From Lachnospiraceae bacterium (GTDB taxonomy: Bacteria > Bacillota > Clostridia > Lachnospirales > Lachnospiraceae), in the NCBI GenBank assembly GCA_022793195.1, contig JAAWCJ010000023.1:38812-102811 (forward strand): DNA of 64,000 nucleotides, written 5' to 3'. How positions within the stretch are numbered: position 1 is the stretch's first letter; every line of letters begins with the position of its first letter. The notes under the pieces are model-generated. The model did no database searches. It saw only the letters and a program-made list of their open reading frames with translations, and was not told where the DNA came from. The translations under genes were made by a program, and so were the position numbers. Below are positions 9,082-17,227 of this stretch, one piece after another.

Positions 9082-10077
9082 ATGAAGGAAACAGAAAGGG
9101 GGCGCTCGGACGTGGATTATATTGTGCTGGATTTGGAATGGAATCAGAGCCCCAGAGGAAAATCCGGAGAGCGCTACGGACTGCCTTTTGAGATTATTGA
9201 AATTGGGGCGGTAAAATTGGATGAGAGCCGGAGGGTTTGCGGACAGTTTAACGAAAGAATTAGGCCGGCAGTTTACCGCCAGTTTCACTATAAAACGAAA
9301 GAAATTCTTCAAATTGACATGAAGGAGCTGGATGAGGCCAGAAGCTTTAAAGAAGTGGCACAGGATTTTTTCGACTGGTGCGGGCAGGAATATGTGTTGT
9401 GTACCTGGGGTTCCATGGATTTGACGGAACTTCAGCGGAACCTCCGTTATTTCAGGGTGGAAAATCCTATGAAAAAACCGCTTCTTTATTATGATATCCA
9501 AAAGCTGTTCAGCCTTCTTTACGAAGACGGCAAAAGCCGCCGTTCTTTAAAGGATGCGGTGGAATATTTGAAAATAGAGGAAGATATTCCCTTTCACCGG
9601 GCGTTGGATGACACCTTGTATACGGCAAAGATTATGGAAAAGATGGATATGGATGCAGTACGGCAGTATTTATCCGTGGATTATTTTCATGTTCCGGGAA
9701 AAAAGGAAGAGGAGCTTCATATGGTGTTTGATGGATATGCCAAGGATGTTTTTCGGATTTTTCCTACAAAAGAGCATCTGATGGAAGATAAAGAAATCGT
9801 TTCCACGAAATGTTATCGCTGTAAAAGAAGCCTGCGGAAAAAGGTAAGATGGTTTTTGGCAGGAGGGAGGAATTATCTTTGTCTGGCATTTTGCCCGGAG
9901 CATGGATATATGAAGGGAAAGCTGAGGATAAAGAAAGCGGAAAGAGGCGGTGTTTTTGCCGTAAAAACATTAAAACTCATTTCAGAGGAAGAGGCGGAAT
10001 CAGTCCGGGAAAAAAAGAAAGAACAGGAAAAAAAGAGGCGGGCGAAGAATAAGGCGGCTAAGAAAACTGCCGATTAG
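9082..10077 (+). CDS. DEDD-family 3'-5' exonuclease domain protein with Lys-rich C-terminal tail
   Basis: ExoI motif YIVLDLEWNQ, then FEIIEIGAVKL, and an ExoIII-like HRALDDTLYTA (DEDDh). The tail is KKKEQEKKRRAKNKAAKK. An alternative GTG start lies about 30 nt downstream. Confidence 0.7.
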   Translation: MKETERGRSDVDYIVLDLEWNQSPRGKSGERYGLPFEIIEIGAVKLDESRRVCGQFNERIRPAVYRQFHYKTKEILQIDMKELDEARSFKEVAQDFFDWCGQEYVLCTWGSMDLTELQRNLRYFRVENPMKKPLLYYDIQKLFSLLYEDGKSRRSLKDAVEYLKIEEDIPFHRALDDTLYTAKIMEKMDMDAVRQYLSVDYFHVPGKKEEELHMVFDGYAKDVFRIFPTKEHLMEDKEIVSTKCYRCKRSLRKKVRWFLAGGRNYLCLAFCPEHGYMKGKLRIKKAERGGVFAVKTLKLISEEEAESVREKKKEQEKKRRAKNKAAKKTAD

Positions 10078-10081
10078 AAGA

Positions 10082-10143
10082 AATATGCCCGGTTTCCATC
10101 TGCCTGCCAGGCAAAAGCAAGGACAGTCAGGGCCGGGCATATT
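10082..10143. terminator. bidirectional hairpin between convergent genes
   Basis: AATATGCCCGG ... CCGGGCATATT with an inner stem TGCCTG/CAGGCA. Confidence 0.45.
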
Positions 10144-10167
10144 AAAAACAGAGAATAAAAGCAGACT

Positions 10168-11652
10168 TTATCTGCGCTCCATGGTCTCATTTTTTCTGTG
10201 GAACCGTTTATGGCGCTTGCGGTAGCGGCGCCTGAAATCTTTTTTTGCTTGTCTGGCTCTCACCAGGGTGGGATTTTTAGGGGGCCTGCGCCTTTGGAGC
10301 CTTCGGAATAAGATAATCAGAAGGATAATGGCAAGAATTCCGGCGGCGGCTCCACCTATGATCCAGGGGTTAATGAAAGAAAGGGAAAAACGGGAGAAGA
10401 AACTGCTTTTGGAATCTTCTGCCTGTTTGTCTGCCGCCGATTCTGCTTCGGAAGGCTTGTGAGCGTTAAAATCAAAATGTTCTTTTTGGCTGTCCACCAG
10501 AAGCAGGGAACCATACCCCAGAGGGACTCCCTGGTAGGAATATGTGATGTCTGCCATTACATTGGTGGCAGAGGTTGTATTTAAGGTCAACTGGGGTTCC
10601 AGCTGTGCGACATTGAGGTTGTTTGGGAGGATGGCCCAGCTGTTTTCCGACAACTCAAAAGAAGCGGCTGAAGTGTCAAAAATACTTTGGGAAGCAGAAA
10701 GATAATCGGTTTTGGACAGGGCAGCAATCTCTGCATTTGCCATGTTATAAGAAGTAAAATTCTCAAACCCAAAGTCAAACATGGCAATGGTATCATCGTA
10801 ATGCTTCCAGTTGGATTTCATGGAAACAGCGATCAGCTCCAGACCGTCGCGGGCAGCATATGTCACCAGAGTATTTCCCGCCTCAGGAGTATAACCGGTT
10901 TTTCCTGTTATGGTGCTTTCGTAAGCATATTCTGAATTGGAGACAAGCATTTTATGGCTTTGGTTCAGGTAGCGGGATTCTGTCTTTGTATTGGTGGGGC
11001 CGATGACGTACTGATGGGCGGAGGAAAACTGGATAAAGGCCTCATTGTGAATCAGTTCCCTCATAATCAGCGCCATATCATGGCAGGAAGAATAATGGTT
11101 TTCGTCATGAAGGCCATGGGCATTGACAAAATGCGTGTTGGTGCATCCAAGCTGGGCAGCCCGGTTATTCATCATTTCGGCAAAGGCATCCATGCTGCCG
11201 GCCACATGTTCAGCCAGGCCATTGGCCACGTCATTGGCAGACTGGATGAGGAGGGCATACATACACTGCTCGACAGTCAGCTGTTCGCCTTCATCGACGG
11301 CAATGCTGCTGGAGCCGACTTCAATGCTGAAAACAGCGTCATGGGAAAATGTTACCACATCTGACAGAGAGGCATTTTCAAGAACAAGGAGAGCGGTCAT
11401 CAATTTGGTAATGCTGGCGGGATAAAGGCGCTCGTCCGCATTTTTTCCAAAGAGGACAGTTCCTGTTTTTGCATCGATCAAAATACCGGCTTCTGCTTCC
11501 AGGGCCGGGCCGGAAGGCCACTCAGCCAGGGAGGAAGGCGTCGGCGTACCGGAAGGCTGCCCCTGTGAGGCCAGGGCTGTCCGGCCGCATAAAGCAGAAA
11601 AGAGGTATAAAGCCCCAAGGATCAGACAAAATACCCGAGATGTCTTTTTCAT
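10168..11652 (-). CDS. D-alanyl-D-alanine carboxypeptidase (serine-type, PBP5/DacB-like) with C-terminal TM anchor and basic tail
   Basis: Signal peptide MKKTSRVFCLILGALYLFSALCG and active-site SxxK motif (ASITKLMTALLVLE). The start was set at the ATG at 11652, which has AAGGAG upstream. Confidence 0.8.
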   Translation of the reverse strand: MKKTSRVFCLILGALYLFSALCGRTALASQGQPSGTPTPSSLAEWPSGPALEAEAGILIDAKTGTVLFGKNADERLYPASITKLMTALLVLENASLSDVVTFSHDAVFSIEVGSSSIAVDEGEQLTVEQCMYALLIQSANDVANGLAEHVAGSMDAFAEMMNNRAAQLGCTNTHFVNAHGLHDENHYSSCHDMALIMRELIHNEAFIQFSSAHQYVIGPTNTKTESRYLNQSHKMLVSNSEYAYESTITGKTGYTPEAGNTLVTYAARDGLELIAVSMKSNWKHYDDTIAMFDFGFENFTSYNMANAEIAALSKTDYLSASQSIFDTSAASFELSENSWAILPNNLNVAQLEPQLTLNTTSATNVMADITYSYQGVPLGYGSLLLVDSQKEHFDFNAHKPSEAESAADKQAEDSKSSFFSRFSLSFINPWIIGGAAAGILAIILLIILFRRLQRRRPPKNPTLVRARQAKKDFRRRYRKRHKRFHRKNETMERR

Positions 11653-11846
11653 TTTATAGATTACTCCTTTTTTCAAGGTAAATGCTGCGGTTATACGCAG
11701 AAAATATCCGGAAGAAGTCCGGGACATTTTTATACATTATAATAGAAAATGCGTTCGGTGGCAAGTAAATCCCACGATATTCCGGGATTTTTTACTGAAA
11801 GTGGGGGGAAAGCCCTGAAAAACTACGGAAATTTGAGGTTTCAGAT

Positions 11847-12488
11847 ATGAGATTAAGAAATGTAAGAGGAGCCAGGGAAGTTTTGGCGAAAAGCGCTTAT
11901 GTGATAGCAGAGCCGGAAATGCACAAAGGAAATTGGAAAAAAGTTTTTGAAAATGAAAATCCGATTCATATGGAAATTGGCATGGGAAAAGGAAAGTTTC
12001 TTCTGGAGCAGGCGGCGCTCCATCCGGAAATCAATTATATAGGGGTGGAGATGTATGCCAGTGTGTTGGTTCGTGCCGTTCAGAAACTGGAAGGGCTGCC
12101 GGAAATCCCCAATATACGGTTCTTAAATTTTCCGGCAGAACAACTGGAGAAGTTTTTCGCGCCGGAAGAGGTGGAAAAAATCTATTTGAATTTTTCGGAT
12201 CCATGGCCGAAAGCGCGCCATGCCAAACGGCGTCTCACTTCGCCGGTCTTTTTAAAGAGATATGAGAAAATTTTGAAGCGGGGAGGTATCCTGGAGTTTA
12301 AGACGGATAACAAACCTTTGTTTGAATATTCGCTGGAGTCGGTAAAGGAGAGCGGATGGGAACTTTTGGCATACACCTTTGACCTTCACGGGGATAAGGT
12401 GATGTCACAGGGAAATGTAATGACTGAGTATGAACAGAAATTTTCCGGGCAGGGGCAGGCCATTTGCAAACTGGCGGCTGTCCGTTAA
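11847..12488 (+). CDS. trmB: tRNA (guanine46-N7)-methyltransferase
   Basis: 213 aa. The motifs IHMEIGMGKGKFL, YIGVE, FSDPWPKARHAKRRL and EFKTDN are characteristic of TrmB. Confidence 0.9.
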   Translation: MRLRNVRGAREVLAKSAYVIAEPEMHKGNWKKVFENENPIHMEIGMGKGKFLLEQAALHPEINYIGVEMYASVLVRAVQKLEGLPEIPNIRFLNFPAEQLEKFFAPEEVEKIYLNFSDPWPKARHAKRRLTSPVFLKRYEKILKRGGILEFKTDNKPLFEYSLESVKESGWELLAYTFDLHGDKVMSQGNVMTEYEQKFSGQGQAICKLAAVR

Positions 12489-12674
12489 TAAAAAGGCGCA
12501 TATTATAATAAAAAAGACCGGGGAAATGGAATTTGAAAAGAAATATGAGTTTACAGGAAAAACTGTCCCGCTGCTTCTGCGATAAAAAGGATCTGAACAG
12601 GAAAGCCCTTAAGATACAAAGGTGCCTGAAAGAAGTGGAGGAACTGCTGAATAAAACCAGTCCGTCCTGTAAGT

Positions 12675-12966
12675 GAGGGGTAGGGGAAGATGTGGGGGGC
12701 TGTTGCAAAATATAAAATATCCTGATATTTATATCTGCCCGGCCCCCTTCCTGTTTTCGTTTTCGTCCACGTTGATTTTTAGGTTTTGTTTTGCCGCCTA
12801 TTGCCGCCAGCCGCCGCTTCCATAGAAGCCCGTCAGCGGGACTGGCGCCGCTAGCCTCACAAAACCTGCAAAATCTGCCTATCGGACAAACACGAAGACA
12901 GGAAGGGGGGCCGGGCACATACAAATTCTGATATTTTGCAACAGCCCCTCATATTTTCCCCACTCC
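12675..12966 (+). repeat. hairpin-repeat family, copy A (conserved core about 12745-12908, variable outer inverted arms)
   Basis: Long imperfect palindrome. The core is about nine-tenths identical by eye to the reverse complement of 16780-16941. The outer arms GGGGCTGTTGCAAAATAT / ATATTTTGCAACAGCCCC are specific to this copy. Confidence 0.85.
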
Positions 12967-13051
12967 ATCATTTAGAAATTTCAATATACACGGCCTCAGT
13001 GCAGTACACGAAGCCTTGTGCTGGCTGGCAGCGTTTTGGCAAATCCTCCCA

Positions 13052-13765
13052 TCAGACAAATACCGCAGCCACGGGGAATACGATAATGCAAAGCCCCAGG
13101 AAGAACCAGTCGTATCCATGGACGCGCACCGGCTGAAAATCGGTGCGTTTTTCATGGCCGGAAAACCCTTTTGATTCCATGGCAATGGACAGTTCCTCCG
13201 ACCATCGGACAGATTTCACGAGAAGCGGACCAAGCAGGGCGGGGGAAACGGCAAAGGTGCGGATGCCCCTTGCCTGGAAGGCGGCCCTTGTCCGCCTGTA
13301 TTCCTGCATCATATGAGGGAGGATTCCCCAGGCGGCCAAAAGGCCGTAGGCAAAAATCTGCGGCAGATGAAACTGCTTTTGGAAGGAACGGACCAGGAGG
13401 ATCCGGTCGGTGGTCAGGGCAAACAGATAACCGATTCCCGCGAAGGCCAGAACACGGGAGGCCAGAGTCAGCCCATTCCAAAAGGAAGAGGAGGCAAATG
13501 CCATGGTTTTTTCGTTGACAGGCATATCGCTTCCGGCAGAAAAGTAAAAGCCGGTAAAAAACATGCCGACGGCAAACAAAAGCACCGGAGACATAAAGAG
13601 GAGCAGCGATTTTACTTTTACTCTGGCGGACAAAATCAACAAGATACTGAGCACGGATACGATTAGGTTCAGTACCGGGTCATGGCGCCAGGCGAGCACG
13701 AAAGTAACAGCCAGAAGTCCGGTGAATTTACATGCCGGGTTCAGAGAACGCATGGAGCACACCAC
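13052..13765 (-). CDS. ECF transporter transmembrane (T) component, CbiQ/EcfT/YkoC-like
   Basis: 237-aa polytopic protein with the conserved Arg-rich coupling region (YRRTRAAFQARG). It is the last gene of an ECF-type operon. Confidence 0.75.
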   Translation of the reverse strand: MVCSMRSLNPACKFTGLLAVTFVLAWRHDPVLNLIVSVLSILLILSARVKVKSLLLFMSPVLLFAVGMFFTGFYFSAGSDMPVNEKTMAFASSSFWNGLTLASRVLAFAGIGYLFALTTDRILLVRSFQKQFHLPQIFAYGLLAAWGILPHMMQEYRRTRAAFQARGIRTFAVSPALLGPLLVKSVRWSEELSIAMESKGFSGHEKRTDFQPVRVHGYDWFFLGLCIIVFPVAAVFV

Positions 13766-15155
13766 CTTTCAACTGTAAAATCTCATCGGCATAATCTTTT
13801 GCAAGCTGTCTGTCATGAGTGGAAAAGATCAGGGCTGCGTGGTGAAGCCGCGCCTGTTGACAGAGGGATTCCATGATTGCCATGGTATTGATTCTGTCCT
13901 GGGCATAAGTGGGCTCGTCGCATACCAGCACCTGACAGTCATATGCCATCAGGGCGGCGACGCCTAAACGCCTTTGCTGTCCCTGGCTTAAAAGGTAGGG
14001 GGACACGTCGCGGTAGCGCCACAGGCGGATTCCTCTCAAAATTTCTTCTGAAATATCCGCCGCCTTTGGATTGCCTTTTAGGCTGGTCAAAATCTCCTGG
14101 CGGACAGTGCCGCCCACAAACTGATCCTGGGGATTCTGGGTGACAAACCCCATCCGTCCCCCCAGCTTTTTTCGGTTCTTCTTAAGTTCTTTTCCCTGGA
14201 AAAGAATACTGCCGCGGTATTTGTGAAGCCCCGAAAGGACACCGAAAAGGCTGCTTTTTCCGCATCCGCTTTCCCCGACCACCGCATAAATGATTCCGCG
14301 GCAAAAAGAGGCGGTCACGCTTTTCAGGATGTCCTGTTCTCCGTAAGAAAGAGAGACATCTTTAAGTTCCAGAATAGTTTCCCCCGGTTCAGAGAGCGAA
14401 AGTTTCGGACGGTAGGAACGGCCGGGGACGATGATTCCGTGGGATTCCAGAATTTTTTCATCAAAAGCAGCCGGATTTATGGCTCCGGGAAGCAATGTCC
14501 CGTTTTCCAGGACGCGGACTTCGTCGGCGATGGAAAGCCAGTTGTCCAGGCGATGGTCGACAGCCAGAATTCCCATATGGAACTTTTGGTGAAGTTCCTT
14601 AAGTTTTCCGGCAATAGCCCGTGCCGCCTCATTATCAATGTTGGCAAATGGCTCGTCCAGCAAAAGCCATCTGGGGCAAAGGGCGGTGATACATGCCAGC
14701 ATGACTTTCTGGCGCTCCCCTCCCGAAAGGGAAAGGAGCGTCCTGTCTTTCAGATGCCTGATTTCACAAAAATCCAGAGCCTGGTCTATGGTTTTTTCTA
14801 TGGCCTCCGGTGCGGTGCAGATATTCTCCAGACAAAAAACAAGCTCATTTTTTACGGTGTCCATACAGAACTGGAGTTCCGGATTCTGGAACATCATTCC
14901 CGCCAGGAGGCATCGCTTCTTTGGAGAAAGAGGCTCAGGTAAAGAACCTTCTACAGTAACGTCTCCACTGTGGAGAAAACCTCCGCCATGGGGATAAATC
15001 CCTGCTGCCAGATAAAGGAGGGTGGATTTCCCGCAGCCGGAAGCCCCCGTCAATATGGTTATTTTCTCTTTCTCAAACTCTGCCGAAAAGTCGGAGAAAA
15101 GAGGTTTTCCCGATTCCGTATAGCCAAAAGTCAGGGATTTAAACTGGATACTCAT
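13728..15155 (-). CDS. ECF transporter fused double ATPase (YkoD-like)
   Basis: 475 aa with two ABC cassettes. Walker A motifs GASGCGKST and GESGCGKSS, signature motifs LSGGERQ and LSQGQQRR, and Walker B motifs LLLDEP and LVCDEP. Confidence 0.85.
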   Translation of the reverse strand: MSIQFKSLTFGYTESGKPLFSDFSAEFEKEKITILTGASGCGKSTLLYLAAGIYPHGGGFLHSGDVTVEGSLPEPLSPKKRCLLAGMMFQNPELQFCMDTVKNELVFCLENICTAPEAIEKTIDQALDFCEIRHLKDRTLLSLSGGERQKVMLACITALCPRWLLLDEPFANIDNEAARAIAGKLKELHQKFHMGILAVDHRLDNWLSIADEVRVLENGTLLPGAINPAAFDEKILESHGIIVPGRSYRPKLSLSEPGETILELKDVSLSYGEQDILKSVTASFCRGIIYAVVGESGCGKSSLFGVLSGLHKYRGSILFQGKELKKNRKKLGGRMGFVTQNPQDQFVGGTVRQEILTSLKGNPKAADISEEILRGIRLWRYRDVSPYLLSQGQQRRLGVAALMAYDCQVLVCDEPTYAQDRINTMAIMESLCQQARLHHAALIFSTHDRQLAKDYADEILQLKGGVLHAFSEPGM

Positions 15156-16033
15156 TGGGGAAAGAACTCGTTGGTATATTCTTTTTCCATACGGGCTTTG
15201 ATGACGCCCGCATCAATTAAAAACTCGGCCATGCGGTTCCAGCGTTTTTCGCTGATTCGTCCCCAACGCCCGTTTTCATCCAACAGGATGGGAGCCAGAT
15301 GCTTCTGGCTGCGGATTAAAAGGGTATCTGAGGCGTCCTGCGGCAAAAGCTCCCGCACTTCCAGTACCGTGCCCTCCGGGTCGGCAGCTACAGCCTGGTA
15401 AGCCTTGTCGAGGATTCCCAGGAATTTTTTCACTGCTTCAGGATGTTCACGGAGTACCTGGTGGGAAGCGGCCATGGCAGGGGCGCAAAAGTCAAAGACA
15501 GGGTCGATATCGCCCAGGTTAAAATAGTTAATTTCCTTTCCGGCTTCAATCAGTACCTGATTTTCCCAATTTTCGTATACCCAGGTGGCGTCTGCAATAT
15601 TTCCAAGTGTCGCCACGATATCTCCCACATCCATGTTTACCAGATGGATTTTGTCATAATCGCCGCCGTCCTTTTCCACCAGCCTGCGGACGGATTTATG
15701 GAACCATTCCGGTGTCCAGTGGGTGAGGCGCTTTCCTTCCAATTCCCGGGGCCTTGTGATACCGGCTTCCTTCAAGGACACAATGCCGGAATCACATTTT
15801 TGTGTCATGACGGCCACTGCTGTCATACCAATGCCGCGGTTCATACATTCCAGCATGGCGATTTCCGGGCCGCATACGAAGTCACCGCCGTGGAAATCCA
15901 TTTCGCCGTGGACTTCCCCGCAGATTTCCACGTCAAGTCCCGCTTCTTCAAACCAGCCCCGTTTCTTTGCCAGTAAAAATCCTGTGTGATTGGTATTGGG
16001 AAACCAGTCCAGTACAACTTTCAGTTTTTCCAT
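15152..16033 (-). CDS. NMT1/THI5-like protein (ThiY/HMP-related) with no signal peptide
   Basis: The sequence MEKLKVVLDWFPNTNHTGFLLAKKRGWFEEAGLDV is the typical N-terminus of NMT1/THI5-family proteins. The start was set at the ATG at 16033, after GAGGAGG. No hydrophobic leader or lipobox is present. Confidence 0.7.
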   Translation of the reverse strand: MEKLKVVLDWFPNTNHTGFLLAKKRGWFEEAGLDVEICGEVHGEMDFHGGDFVCGPEIAMLECMNRGIGMTAVAVMTQKCDSGIVSLKEAGITRPRELEGKRLTHWTPEWFHKSVRRLVEKDGGDYDKIHLVNMDVGDIVATLGNIADATWVYENWENQVLIEAGKEINYFNLGDIDPVFDFCAPAMAASHQVLREHPEAVKKFLGILDKAYQAVAADPEGTVLEVRELLPQDASDTLLIRSQKHLAPILLDENGRWGRISEKRWNRMAEFLIDAGVIKARMEKEYTNEFFPQ

Positions 16034-16037
16034 TGTT

Positions 16038-16649
16038 TTAATCCTCCTCATCATAAATGGTTCCTGTGTCGGCGGCAGCCCCTATGGCATAGCTTTTCAC
16101 CACGCCGGTTTTTGCCAGTCCGTCGCCGGCCAGCTTGCAGATGACGCCGGAAAAGAGAATGGCGCTGACGAAACGCACCCCCAACTGGGCGGCCAGCAAG
16201 GCAGGGGACAACAGGTAATAGCTTAAATAATACAGTTCATAGCAGAAAATAAATACGGCGGACAGCATACCGGCCAGGCTCATGGAGATAAAATTCCATT
16301 TTTTGTAGCGGAAAGCGGCAAATACAAGCTCCGCGCCAAGGCCCTGGATTATTCCGGTCAATACCACGGTGAGGCCTCCGGAATTACCCATCAAAAGTTC
16401 AATGGCGGAGGCCAGAACCTCTGCGATCAAGGCTGCGCCTGGCTTTCGGATGATGTAGGCGGCCAGGGTGGCGGCCATAAACCACACGCCGTAAATCAGT
16501 TCAAAGCCAAAGGCGGAAAGCCCCATCGGGGTAAGGGCTGTGGAAATAGCCATACCTCCATAGAATACGGCCATATAGACGGCGGCAAATACCACCCCTA
16601 AAACGGCCATCATAATGACATCTTTCAGTTCCCATGTGTTTTTTTTCAT
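16038..16649 (-). CDS. ECF transporter substrate-specific (S) component, YkoE-like (thiamine/HMP precursor)
   Basis: 203-aa, 6-TM protein starting MKKNTWELKDVIMMAVLGVVF. It is the first gene downstream of a TPP riboswitch. The track ORF extends to 17051 only because it reads through repeat B. Confidence 0.75.
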   Translation of the reverse strand: MKKNTWELKDVIMMAVLGVVFAAVYMAVFYGGMAISTALTPMGLSAFGFELIYGVWFMAATLAAYIIRKPGAALIAEVLASAIELLMGNSGGLTVVLTGIIQGLGAELVFAAFRYKKWNFISMSLAGMLSAVFIFCYELYYLSYYLLSPALLAAQLGVRFVSAILFSGVICKLAGDGLAKTGVVKSYAIGAAADTGTIYDEED

Positions 16650-16741
16650 TGTCGTTTTGTCCTTCCTTTTTGCCCGTGCGAGACGAAATTTTCTATGAGA
16701 TTTGAGAAGCAAAAATTTCGGATCCTCCATGGCTGCCCTCA

Positions 16742-16987
16742 AATTGTACAAAGGTTTCGTGAACGGTGTCCACCTGGCGCCCTTCCTGTCGTTGTTTCTG
16801 TCCGATAGGCAGATTTTGCAGGTTTTGTGAGCATAGCGGCGCCAGTCCCGCTGACCTGCTTCTGTGGAAGCGGCGGCTGGCGGCAAAAGGCGGCGGAACA
16901 AAACCCAAAAATCAACGTGGACAGAAACAACGACAGGCAGGGTGTCGGGTAGACATAAATACCGGAAACAAAACCTTTGCACAATTT
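16742..16987 (-). repeat. hairpin-repeat family, copy B (inverted relative to copy A)
   Basis: The core 16780-16941 equals the reverse complement of the copy A core. Its own outer arms are AATTGTACAAAGGTTT / AAACCTTTGCACAATT. Confidence 0.85.
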
Positions 16988-17032
16988 GACGGCGGCGCCG
17001 GGAATCTAAAATTTTTACTCCTTGAATCTCAT

Positions 17033-17063
17033 AGAAAAAGACCGCCGGCACGTGCCAGCGGTC
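17033..17063 (-). terminator. riboswitch expression-platform terminator
   Basis: On the minus strand: GACCGCTGGCAC-GTGCCGGCGGTC followed by TTTTT, immediately 3' of the TPP aptamer. Confidence 0.6.
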
Positions 17064-17082
17064 ACAATGATTGAAAGTCCAT

Positions 17083-17180
17083 ATCGCTCCCTACGCTGGC
17101 ATTATCCAACAGGTTCAAAGGGTCATGAGCAATACGGCTCATTTCTCAGCCGGACTTCATCCGGCTCCCCACAGATAACT
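17083..17180 (-). promoter_or_regulatory. TPP (THI-box) riboswitch aptamer
   Basis: The minus strand reads GGGGAGCCGGATGAAGTCCGGCTGAGAAATGAGCC...ACCCTTTGAACCTGTTGGATAATGCCAGCGTAGGGAG. It contains the invariant CUGAGA and ACCUG...GGAUAAUGCCAGCG THI-box elements. Confidence 0.9.
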
Positions 17181-17227
17181 TTAGTCCCGAAGGGAGAATT
17201 TGTCAAGTGTACAATGAAAAATTTCTG

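Noticed and set aside
8896-9501. 201-aa minus-strand ORF.
   Set aside because: It is antisense to the well-supported exonuclease gene and runs across the direct repeat. It has no recognisable motifs and an odd composition.
11770-11795. The small hairpin AAATCCCACGATATTCCGGGATTT shares AAATCCCACG with the hairpin at 31113-31134.
   Set aside because: The shared 10-mer is too short to call a repeat family. Both are probably ordinary small terminators or leader hairpins.
12298-12924. A 208-aa minus-strand ORF and a 102-aa plus-strand ORF (16766-17074) encode similar peptides (CPIGRFCRFCE.SGASPAD.LLWKRRLAA.GG.TKPKNQRG).
   Set aside because: Both lie inside hairpin repeats A and B. The similarity comes from nucleotide repeat conservation read on opposite strands. 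They have no RBS and low-complexity composition, and one overlaps the 3' end of trmB. They are not treated as genes.
16650-17051. N-terminal 134-codon extension of the ykoE-like ORF in the track (16038-17051).
   Set aside because: The extension reads through repeat B and the riboswitch terminator. A good RBS and the ATG at 16649 give the expected ~200-aa S component.
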